From a virus (lineage: Duplodnaviria > Caudoviricetes), in IMG/VR virus record IMGVR_UViG_3300017910_000107, positions 1-34,252 of that record: a stretch of DNA of 34,252 nt, one strand, 5' to 3'. Below are positions 9,384 through 16,430 of the stretch, in pieces (position 1 is the first letter of the stretch; each line of letters begins with the position of its first letter). A program made the translations under genes and the position numbers. Below the pieces are notes generated by a model, which made no database searches, was not told the DNA's origin, and was given only the letters and a program-made list of their open reading frames with translations.

Positions 9384-9641
9384 ATGGCTGAATACAAAGG
9401 CAAGAAAGTCCCCTTAAACAAGGTCATGCGGATTCGCAAGGGCGAGCCGGGGTACGGCAGAAAGAAGTCCAAGGTCTTCGTCAAGGATGGTGGTAAAGTC
9501 AAGAAGGTGATGTTCGGAGATCCCAACATGAAGATCCGAAAGAATGAGCCTGGAAGACGAGCCAACTTCCGCGCCCGTCACAACTGCGACAACCCCGGCC
9601 CAAAGACCAAGCCTCGGTACTGGGCATGTAAGACCTGGTAA
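9384..9641 (+). CDS. Small basic protein (DUF6321-like)
   Basis: KKVMFGDPNMKIRK...RRANFRARHNC...RYWACKTW motif. Confidence 0.7.
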   Translation: MAEYKGKKVPLNKVMRIRKGEPGYGRKKSKVFVKDGGKVKKVMFGDPNMKIRKNEPGRRANFRARHNCDNPGPKTKPRYWACKTW

Positions 9642-11305
9642 TGGACGAGCGAATCCACGACTTTCGGAACTTCTTGTATCTGGCCTGGGAGCAGCTCCGT
9701 CTGCCGGATCCTACGCCTGTCCAATATGACATCGCGGACTACCTCCAGAATGGCCCCAAGCGGTCGTGCATCATGGCGTTCCGTGGGGTCGGCAAGTCTT
9801 GGATCACCTCCGCCTTTGTCTGCCACCAGCTCTTGCTTGACCCCCAGAGGAACATCTTGGTGGTCTCAGCGTCCAAGGCCCGAGCCGATGACTTCTCCAC
9901 GTTTACCCTGAGGTTGATCTCAGAGATGCCAATGCTCCAGCATCTCAGACCCAGAGAGAACCAGCGGAACTCCAAGATCGCCTTTGACGTTGGCCCTGCG
10001 ACCGCCAGCCATGCTCCCTCCGTGACATCCCGAGGTATCACGGGACAGATCACAGGGGCGCGGGCGGATCTGATTGTGGCTGACGATGTGGAGTCCCTAA
10101 ACAACTCCGCGACCCAGACCATGCGGGACAAACTGTCCGAGTCCATCAAGGAGTTCGACGCGGTTCTCAAGCCGGATGGTCGCGTGGTCTACCTCGGAAC
10201 CCCCCAGTCCGAACAGTCCATCTACAACGTGCTGCCCCAGCGTGGATACGAGACCCGCATATGGCCCGCTAGAATCCCTCCTGAGAAGCAGCAGAAAAAG
10301 ATGGAGGATACCCTTGCCCCGATGGTCAAGCGTCTCTCAGGGGATTCTAAGGACGATTACGGCAAACCTACAGATCCCCAGCGATTCGACGAGCACGACC
10401 TGCTGGAACGTGAGGCTTCCTACGGTCGCTCTGGGTTTGCCCTCCAGTTCATGCTGGATACGAGCCTGAGTGACCAGAGCCGATATCCGCTCAAACTCAG
10501 TGACCTTGTGGTCATGCACTTGAACCCCGACACAGCTCCGGAGAAGGCCATCTGGGCCGCTTCCCCTGATCTGATCTGGAAGGATCTCCCATGCGTGGGG
10601 TTCGCCGGAGACCGGTACTACCGCCCAATGCAGGTACAGGGCGACTGGACCCCGTACAGCGGCTCCGTGATGGCAATCGACCCCTCGGGTCGGGGTGCGG
10701 ATGAAACCGCTTACGCGGTCGCCAAGACCCACCACGGGCAAATCCTGATCACAGCCGCAGGTGGACTTCCAGGTGGATACGAAGAGGGAACCCTGCAACG
10801 ACTGGCGGACATCGCCAAGGAACAGAAGGTCAACAAGATCATCATCGAATCCAACTTCGGTGACGGCATGTTCACCAAGCTGTTGACCCCCTACGTCACC
10901 AAGACCTACCCCGTGACTCTGGAAGAGGTCAGACACTCCACCCAGAAGGAACGACGGATCATCGACACCCTCGAACCCGTGATGAACCAACACAGGCTCA
11001 TCGTGGACTACGGGGTACTGATGGATGACTACGAGTCAACCAAGGGTAAACCCCAAGAGATGGCCCTGAAATACACCTTGGCCTACCAGATGACCCGAAT
11101 CACCAAGGACAGGGGAGCCTTGAAGCACGATGACCGTCTCGATGTCCTCGCAATGGCTGTCCAGTATTGGGTAGACCACATGGCCCAAGACCGAGACAAA
11201 GCCATCTCCAGAGCCAAAGAACAAGCCTTCAGGGATGAATTGGAGAAGTTCACCACCCAAGTCATCGGGGGGTCTCCCAAGCCTCAACTCTGGATGAAAC
11301 GCTAA
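9641..11305 (+). CDS. terL: Terminase large subunit (T7 gp19-like)
   Basis: AFRGVGKSWIT Walker A, ITGARADLIVADDVE Walker B, and nuclease motifs IDPSGRGADET, ESNFGDGM and HDDRLD. Confidence 0.97.
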   Translation: MDERIHDFRNFLYLAWEQLRLPDPTPVQYDIADYLQNGPKRSCIMAFRGVGKSWITSAFVCHQLLLDPQRNILVVSASKARADDFSTFTLRLISEMPMLQHLRPRENQRNSKIAFDVGPATASHAPSVTSRGITGQITGARADLIVADDVESLNNSATQTMRDKLSESIKEFDAVLKPDGRVVYLGTPQSEQSIYNVLPQRGYETRIWPARIPPEKQQKKMEDTLAPMVKRLSGDSKDDYGKPTDPQRFDEHDLLEREASYGRSGFALQFMLDTSLSDQSRYPLKLSDLVVMHLNPDTAPEKAIWAASPDLIWKDLPCVGFAGDRYYRPMQVQGDWTPYSGSVMAIDPSGRGADETAYAVAKTHHGQILITAAGGLPGGYEEGTLQRLADIAKEQKVNKIIIESNFGDGMFTKLLTPYVTKTYPVTLEEVRHSTQKERRIIDTLEPVMNQHRLIVDYGVLMDDYESTKGKPQEMALKYTLAYQMTRITKDRGALKHDDRLDVLAMAVQYWVDHMAQDRDKAISRAKEQAFRDELEKFTTQVIGGSPKPQLWMKR

Positions 11306-11502
11306 GTCTCTTACCCTGTGAATACCTAACGGTGTTTGGCAACGATGGACTCACAAGGCTCAGGTGAAGATCACCCAGGCTGATCCGAGGTCGTCCCCCA
11401 GATACCCCATGTCAATCGTGGGGGGTTTGGGGGGCAACTTCTGGATCTACAAGGTCTAGGTGAAGAGATACTGATAGATAAACCCAAGGTATACCCTAAG
11501 AT

Positions 11503-11808
11503 ATGACCATCAATGATATATCCCCACCCCCACCAATAATACCTCTACATGAGTCAGTAATGGTGACATGGGAAGATATCCAAGGTCATGAAAGACCTTG
11601 GGTAGACCTAGAGGAAGCTGAGGAACTGGAGCCAATCCTGATGAGAACCGTGGGTTTCCTGATGGCTCACGATCACAACAAGGTGGTCATCGCCTCGACC
11701 CTGAGTGATCCCGCAGGTCTCGCTGGGAATGTCAACTCGATACCCACAGGTTGTGTCATGAGTATCCGGAGGTTGACCGAGAGTGACCAAGAACCTGCGA
11801 CCATTTGA
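11503..11808 (+). CDS. Hypothetical phage protein
   Basis: VTWEDI...W...RTVGFL...VVIAST...IPTGCV pattern recalled from small phage proteins. Start codon uncertain. Confidence 0.6.
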   Translation: MTINDISPPPPIIPLHESVMVTWEDIQGHERPWVDLEEAEELEPILMRTVGFLMAHDHNKVVIASTLSDPAGLAGNVNSIPTGCVMSIRRLTESDQEPATI

Positions 11809-12106
11809 CGCAAAAATTTGAGAGGGTTTATACGCATATCGTAGCCGCGATGACCCCCCGTGGGGGTGGGTGCGTCTGCGCGCCTGGTCGCACAATGCTG
11901 CCGCGATGCTGGCAAATTTTCAATCGATCCGGCAAGATTCGGCGCGGATGGTCAGCCATTCATGATGGTTCCGGGAGATATTGAATCTCTCGGAATGGTC
12001 ATAGGTCATCAAAAGCTTGCTGGGGCTTGCCGCGCCTGGTCGGTTTGGTCTTTGTCTTTTATTCCCCGTCTTTTTGTGTCAAGCTCAACATGAACCGGGA
12101 ATCGGT

Positions 12107-12116
12107 CGATACATTG
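12107..12116 (+). promoter_or_regulatory. Candidate host-RNAP promoter -10 element (CGATACATTG)
   Basis: Near-identical to CGATATATTG at 13913-13922. Both contain TAYATT and precede the first gene of a block. Confidence 0.35.
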
Positions 12117-12137
12117 ACACAGGCGAATCATCGCCGG

Positions 12138-12158
12138 AAGGATTGATAACCATGAAAC
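12138..12158 (+). repeat. 21-bp translation-initiation repeat, copy 1 (AAGGATTGATAACCATGAAAC)
   Basis: 20/21 identical to 12696-12716. Spans the SD and ATG. Confidence 0.85.
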
Positions 12159-12436
12159 ATCACATCACAAAAACAAACGAAGAAGTTTGGATTGAATTCC
12201 CCGATCACGGCATCTTGATTTCGGTCTATCCATGGGACGAGAAGACCACCGATAGCGGTCTTAAGGTGTACCCATTCGTGGCATGGCGAAAGGTGGAAGG
12301 AGACGAGCCACAACTGATCCACAGCGATGAAGTCCTGCGCGAAGATTGGGATGCCAACGGTGTTCTCTCCATCACTCATATCGTCCAGGCTTGCGTGGCA
12401 ATCTTGGCAATGACCGCCGCGGAGCAAATCAAATGA
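12152..12436 (+). CDS. Early hypothetical protein
   Basis: ATG inside the repeated SD block. Overlaps the next gene at ATGA. Confidence 0.6.
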   Translation: MKHHITKTNEEVWIEFPDHGILISVYPWDEKTTDSGLKVYPFVAWRKVEGDEPQLIHSDEVLREDWDANGVLSITHIVQACVAILAMTAAEQIK

Positions 12437-12639
12437 TCGACGTTTTCATCACTAACGATTGGACCCCGGATGTTAAACGGTGCAAAGCGTACGCATCCGA
12501 GTTATCAGCATCAGACCTCGACTGGTCTTTTGAAGTTGTCTACAAAGAAGTCGACGGGCTGACCCTGTGCCGCGTTCGGATCACCGACGAGGATGGAGAA
12601 CTAGTGGCGGAGGGGTATCCCTCATTCTTCAAGCATTGA
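12433..12639 (+). CDS. Early hypothetical acidic protein (68 aa)
   Basis: GGAG SD and ATGA overlap with the upstream gene. Confidence 0.6.
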   Translation: MIDVFITNDWTPDVKRCKAYASELSASDLDWSFEVVYKEVDGLTLCRVRITDEDGELVAEGYPSFFKH

Positions 12640-12695
12640 CGCACAATTCCCGGTCGGCGGTCTCACGGGATCGCCATCCGGCAATTTTGCCGAGT

Positions 12696-12716
12696 AAGGA
12701 TTGATAACTATGAAAC
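12696..12716 (+). repeat. 21-bp translation-initiation repeat, copy 2 (AAGGATTGATAACTATGAAAC)
   Basis: 20/21 identical to 12138-12158. Confidence 0.85.
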
Positions 12717-13054
12717 CTCAAACAATCGACAAAGATATGTCGTGGGAATTGGTGCTTTGGATCACCAACAATGAAAGCCTCCATAAACAATGCCGATGCT
12801 GCGCCTTGAATCTTGCAAAGAAGATTCATAAGGGAACATATGACGCAGACAAAGCACCGCAAATTTTCGTGCATCCCGTGAAGAGGGCGATCACTGAGTA
12901 TCGGCGCGAAGTCGGTCCCATTCGTACAGTCAATGCCGCTACCAAACTCCACGCGGCACGGGATCTCCTCGACTCATACCAGGAGGACATTGCCGAATTG
13001 GTGGAACGACTCCAGTCGGGCGAAAAAATCCAGATGCACGAGGTGACCCTGTGA
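12710..13054 (+). CDS. Early hypothetical protein (ELxLxIxN...NLxKK..KGTYD..KA family)
   Basis: ATG inside the repeated SD block. Motif pattern recalled from phage early genes. Confidence 0.7.
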   Translation: MKPQTIDKDMSWELVLWITNNESLHKQCRCCALNLAKKIHKGTYDADKAPQIFVHPVKRAITEYRREVGPIRTVNAATKLHAARDLLDSYQEDIAELVERLQSGEKIQMHEVTL

Positions 13055-13476
13055 ATATCGATATGAAAGAATTGAAAGAAATCGTCGCCCGTCCGGGGAA
13101 GTTTGAAGGCGAACATCCAATCGTCCCGTATTTGTGGGACTACTCCAACACCGGCGAAGAAGTCGGAAAAGATTCGGCGGGATACGATCTCCTCAAATTT
13201 GAATTAGACATTGAGGAAATCGAGGCTTTTCCCGATGTCCATGAGAAATGCGGGAACTCTGTATACCTTGCCGAGGATTCCCAAGGTTTCGTGATGCAGC
13301 GATTCCCCGATCTCGAAGAGGATTACCGGGATGCCTGCGAAGTTTTGGGGATCGTGGTAAGTGAATCTCTCGGTCTTCTCGAAGTTGCTGCCGAAGAGAT
13401 TCGCGCTCAATCTGACAAAGTGCAGGCAGCAGCAGAGAGGCTGACCAAAGCCCAAAAGAATCGAGGCCAGTCATGA
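13051..13476 (+). CDS. Early hypothetical acidic protein (PGKFEGE motif)
   Basis: GAGGTG SD and GTGA overlap. 141 aa, strongly acidic, with a C-terminal coiled coil. Confidence 0.65.
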   Translation: MNIDMKELKEIVARPGKFEGEHPIVPYLWDYSNTGEEVGKDSAGYDLLKFELDIEEIEAFPDVHEKCGNSVYLAEDSQGFVMQRFPDLEEDYRDACEVLGIVVSESLGLLEVAAEEIRAQSDKVQAAAERLTKAQKNRGQS

Positions 13477-13547
13477 GATACCTCTACGCCTTTGTCATGC
13501 TCGTCGGTCTCTCGGCTTTTTGGTGCATATTGACCCCGGACGATTGA
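13473..13547 (+). CDS. Hydrophobic microprotein, 24 aa (MRYLYAFVMLVGLSAFWCILTPDD)
   Basis: GAGG SD and ATGA overlap. One TM-length hydrophobic stretch ending just before the terminator. Confidence 0.45.
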   Translation: MRYLYAFVMLVGLSAFWCILTPDD

Positions 13548-13570
13548 CCTAGAAACCATCCCAAGATCCT

Positions 13571-13596
13571 TCCCCGCTTCGGCGGGGATTTTTTTT
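13571..13596 (+). terminator. Rho-independent early terminator
   Basis: TCCCCGC-TTCG-GCGGGGA stem with a cUUCGg tetraloop, followed by 8 T. Confidence 0.9.
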
Positions 13597-13709
13597 GGCT
13601 GTAGGTGGCGCGTCAGATCCTCGCCTGTGTGGCTCTGAGCTTTTCATCCTTGCCGGGGATAGGTCGATCCTTCCAGGCATGCGCCGATGTTCCCGAATCC
13701 CTGGAATTT

Positions 13710-13733
13710 TGCAGCTTTTCCTGCAGCTTTTCC
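13710..13733. repeat. Perfect 12-bp tandem repeat (TGCAGCTTTTCC x2)
   Basis: Copies at 13710-13721 and 13722-13733, in the intergenic region upstream of the integrase. Confidence 0.85.
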
Positions 13734-13757
13734 CCCAAAATCCCACGAAATCCATCT

Positions 13758-13779
13758 TTCAAATCCCGCCCCACCCGCC
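13758..13779 (+). other. Candidate attP core: tRNA 3' end fragment
   Basis: TTCAAAT (T-loop) + CCCGC (3' T-stem) + CCCACCC (3' acceptor) + G + CC fits tRNA positions 54-75. The 5' part of the tRNA is absent. Lies ~160 bp upstream of the integrase. Confidence 0.6.
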
Positions 13780-13853
13780 GTCAAATCTTGTGTAATCCCT
13801 CCGACCTCCCGTTTAATCCCTCAGACTTGTTATAATCCTCCCATCAATCCTCC

Positions 13854-13891
13854 GCCCCCGTCATGACTATCAGTTGTGCGGGGGTTTTTTT
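13854..13891 (+). terminator. Rho-independent terminator downstream of the candidate attP
   Basis: GCCCCCG/CGGGGGT outer stem and CATGAC/GTTGTG inner stem, followed by a T-run. Confidence 0.7.
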
Positions 13892-13912
13892 CATGGCATA
13901 ATCCCTTCGATC

Positions 13913-13922
13913 CGATATATTG
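13913..13922 (+). promoter_or_regulatory. Candidate integrase-operon promoter -10 element (CGATATATTG)
   Basis: Matches 12107-12116 at 9/10. Lies after the terminator and just before the AAGGAGG SD. Confidence 0.35.
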
Positions 13923-13941
13923 GATGGCAAGGAGGATTCAC

Positions 13942-14766
13942 ATGCCTGAAGAATTAGTAACCATCGGCTACCTCAGCGAGTTCGTATACGAGACTGAGTG
14001 GGCACACACCAAGGGAGAAGTGACAGCTCTTCGCAACAGTGAAGAGGTTGTCAATCACTTTCACACTGACACATTGGTCAGTGAGATTCGTCCCTTCCAC
14101 ATCAGCGAGTTCGTGTCATCTCTACGGAGCAAAGGGAACTCGCCTGGAACGATCAACCGTAAACTCGCGGCTCTCTCAAAGATGCTCACGGTTGCCTACC
14201 GGAACGAGTGGATTGACAGTCGGCCTCACATCCCGAGACAGAAAGAGCCAACCCATCGCATCCGTTGGATTACCAAGGATGAAGAGCGGCAGATGGCGGT
14301 GCATTCGTACCCGCACTTCGCCAGACTCTGGACTGTCTTGATTGATACCGGTCTTCGCGTGGGTGAGGCTTTGCGTCTACCTGCGGCTGATGTGGACTTG
14401 GATCAGAATCGAATCCACGTTTGGGATACCAAGTCAGACAAGCCTAGGTCTATCCCGATGACCAAGCGGGTTCGAGACATCTTGAGTGCTGGAACCTTTG
14501 TCAACATCACTCAAGACCAAGTGAACTATCAGTGGAACCGGATGAAGTCTGCGATGGATCTTGGTGATGACAAGTTCTTTGTCCCTCACATCTGTCGCCA
14601 CACCTTTGCATCACGGTTGGTGCAGCGTGGTGTTGGCATCACGGTGGTGCAGCAGCTCTGTGGTCATAAGACATTGGAGATCACTCTGCGTTATGCTCAC
14701 CTTGCACCATCCAATGTTGAAGACGCTATTCAAAAACTGGAGGAAGATCATGCAGCGGCACGCTGA
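13942..14766 (+). CDS. int: Tyrosine recombinase / phage integrase
   Basis: AAGGAGG SD. Catalytic set: TGLRVGE (R), DTKS (K), PHICRH (HxxR), CGH (H), RYAH (Y). SAM-like N-terminus with GTINRKLAAL. Confidence 0.95.
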   Translation: MPEELVTIGYLSEFVYETEWAHTKGEVTALRNSEEVVNHFHTDTLVSEIRPFHISEFVSSLRSKGNSPGTINRKLAALSKMLTVAYRNEWIDSRPHIPRQKEPTHRIRWITKDEERQMAVHSYPHFARLWTVLIDTGLRVGEALRLPAADVDLDQNRIHVWDTKSDKPRSIPMTKRVRDILSAGTFVNITQDQVNYQWNRMKSAMDLGDDKFFVPHICRHTFASRLVQRGVGITVVQQLCGHKTLEITLRYAHLAPSNVEDAIQKLEEDHAAAR

Positions 14767-15133
14767 ACTAGAGCGATTCAAAAAAGCAGAGGCACAAACC
14801 AAGCTGGCATCTTGCCATGTTGACTGGGAGTTCTACTGCTCGGCTACGAAAAAAGATTGGATTATCAGCATGACGATTGGGGACACTGATTCTCCAACCG
14901 CATTGATTGATACCCGTGTCCAAGAATGGAACGTCATTGCCACCACTGGCGATACCACAGTTCCGTACCATTGCAAAGAGACATGCCGTAAGGTGATGGA
15001 TTCTTTCTTTTGGTACAGCTTTGATAAACCATCGATCCATATGGATCAAGTTCATCCAGGCGTGTTTCAACAACTAATGCCGACCGCGAGACGGATGGCT
15101 CATGATGATCCCATTTGGGGAGGAGAAAAATGA
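14750..15133 (+). CDS. Hypothetical protein (127 aa)
   Basis: GGAGG SD before ATG 14750. Fills the gap between int and the methyltransferase. Confidence 0.6.
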   Translation: MQRHAELERFKKAEAQTKLASCHVDWEFYCSATKKDWIISMTIGDTDSPTALIDTRVQEWNVIATTGDTTVPYHCKETCRKVMDSFFWYSFDKPSIHMDQVHPGVFQQLMPTARRMAHDDPIWGGEK

Positions 15134-16263
15134 ATGACTACATATCTCATCTGTCCCTCTGTGCTGGTATCGGGGGTGTGGACCTTGGACTGCGAAGAGT
15201 GGTGCGAAATCTCAGCACCGTTGCTATGGTGGAGAGGGAAGCCTTCTGTGCCGCGAACTTGGTGCAAAAGATGGAAGAGGGAGAGCTGGATCCGTGCCCT
15301 GTCTACACGGACTTGCTGCGGTTCCCTTGGGAGCGATTTCGAGGCAGAGTGGATATCGTCTCTGGTGGAATACCCTGCCAACCGTTCTCGGTTGCTGGAA
15401 GTCGCAAAGCCACCGAAGACGAGCGACACCTCTGGCCTCACATCAAGTCAGGGATGTCTGTTCTCGGAAACCGAGTCTGCTTCTTCGAGAACGTCGATGG
15501 AATCGCCTCAGCCAAGTCACCCGGATACCACTCAGTTCTCCACCATGTCCTCAGCGACTTGGAAGAAATGGGTTTCCGAGCAACGGCAGGACAGTTCTCA
15601 GCGGAGGAAGTCGGCGCTCCTCACCTCCGGAAGCGATGGTTCATCCTTGGGGTGGGCAACTCCGAACACAATGGATTACTTGCCTCAACGGAGCGAGGAG
15701 TCACTCAGAAAGCAAGCGGAAACAATCAGGAAGGGCAGAAGTCGTCCGTGCAATCTAAGGGAGCAAGTCAATCCCTCAGCCGTCAAGATTTACGCGGAAG
15801 CCAATCGGTGGCCCACTCCGACTCCGATCCATGCGACCCGAGGAAATCACGACGAACCTGTGGAGAAGTATCAGAAGAGGGTTCGGGATTACGAAGAGGG
15901 CAGAGCCAAGGGCAAGCCGGGGAAGAGCCTGGGAGTTGCGGTGAACTGGCCCACTCCGACCACGGGCGAGAACAACTATCGTCTGAACAAGGGTCCGGAC
16001 AACTCCCTGTCGGAGAGATGCCTTGGGGCGATGGCGAGGAGTGGCCTGCTGGATTCGGGGAACAACAACACGACTGGGAATACCCAAGGACACTTGAATC
16101 CGGATTGGGTAGACCAGCTCATGGGTTTCCCGGGGAAGTGGACTGCCCTAAACGAGGGGGGCATCTTGATCGAGTGGATCGACTGAGAGCCTTAGGTAAC
16201 GCGGTAGTTCCTGCTGTAGCCGCAAAAGCATTCAGCACCCTTTGGTGGAGACTTCATGAATGA
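15130..16263 (+). CDS. C5 cytosine DNA methyltransferase, main chain (motifs I-VIII and X)
   Basis: SLCAGIGG (I), GGIPCQPFS (IV), FFENV (VI), HLRKRWFI (VIII) and RLRALGNAVVP (X). No motif IX in this frame. Confidence 0.9.
   Translation: MNDYISHLSLCAGIGGVDLGLRRVVRNLSTVAMVEREAFCAANLVQKMEEGELDPCPVYTDLLRFPWERFRGRVDIVSGGIPCQPFSVAGSRKATEDERHLWPHIKSGMSVLGNRVCFFENVDGIASAKSPGYHSVLHHVLSDLEEMGFRATAGQFSAEEVGAPHLRKRWFILGVGNSEHNGLLASTERGVTQKASGNNQEGQKSSVQSKGASQSLSRQDLRGSQSVAHSDSDPCDPRKSRRTCGEVSEEGSGLRRGQSQGQAGEEPGSCGELAHSDHGREQLSSEQGSGQLPVGEMPWGDGEEWPAGFGEQQHDWEYPRTLESGLGRPAHGFPGEVDCPKRGGHLDRVDRLRALGNAVVPAVAAKAFSTLWWRLHE
15134..16186 (+). CDS. Overprinted +1-frame methyltransferase partner chain (WPTP repeats, motif IX-like)
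   Basis: 350 stop-free codons nested in the MTase gene. Three W(A/P)TP repeats and LNPDWVDQLMGFPGKWT. True start uncertain (15134 or 15545). Confidence 0.7.
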   Translation: MTTYLICPSVLVSGVWTLDCEEWCEISAPLLWWRGKPSVPRTWCKRWKRESWIRALSTRTCCGSLGSDFEAEWISSLVEYPANRSRLLEVAKPPKTSDTSGLTSSQGCLFSETESASSRTSMESPQPSHPDTTQFSTMSSATWKKWVSEQRQDSSQRRKSALLTSGSDGSSLGWATPNTMDYLPQRSEESLRKQAETIRKGRSRPCNLREQVNPSAVKIYAEANRWPTPTPIHATRGNHDEPVEKYQKRVRDYEEGRAKGKPGKSLGVAVNWPTPTTGENNYRLNKGPDNSLSERCLGAMARSGLLDSGNNNTTGNTQGHLNPDWVDQLMGFPGKWTALNEGGILIEWID

Positions 16264-16430
16264 AATGTTATCTGTGTGATACTGAACTTATTGGGGGAGG
16301 TGATCACGATTGTGTGGACGAACCGGTCAGCATTTACTATTCAGTGGTGACTAACCTGTCTTGTCCGAACTGTCAAGCGTTTGTTTTGGTATATCATCCA
16401 AGAGATGATGGAGAATCGGAGGAGGCTTGA
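16260..16430 (+). CDS. Small zinc-finger protein, 56 aa (MKCYLCDTELIGGGDHD...TNLSCPNC)
   Basis: Read from the sequence. Two CxxC pairs; overlaps the MTase stop and the RNAP start. Confidence 0.75.
   Translation: MKCYLCDTELIGGGDHDCVDEPVSIYYSVVTNLSCPNCQAFVLVYHPRDDGESEEA

Noticed and set aside
12114-12119. TTGACA as a sigma70 -35 box
   Set aside because: No -10-like hexamer lies 16-18 bp downstream (GAAGGA is found there).
13758-13779. Intact tRNA gene
   Set aside because: Only the 3' portion from the T-loop is present. There is no D-arm, anticodon arm or 5' acceptor strand.
13595-13835. Short + strand ORFs of 66 and 76 aa in the att region, and 11860-12093 in the terminus region
   Set aside because: No SD, weak start codons, and they overlap repeat or terminator elements, so they are more likely non-coding.
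15294-15758. Third-frame 154-aa ORF inside the methyltransferase
   Set aside because: Arg/Pro/Ser-rich shadow translation with no motif or SD.
15809-15960. 14-bp repeat TGGCCCACTCCGAC (15809, 15947) as a CRISPR-like or recombination repeat
   Set aside because: Explained by the WPTP peptide repeats in the +1 frame. Too few copies and too widely spaced for an array.
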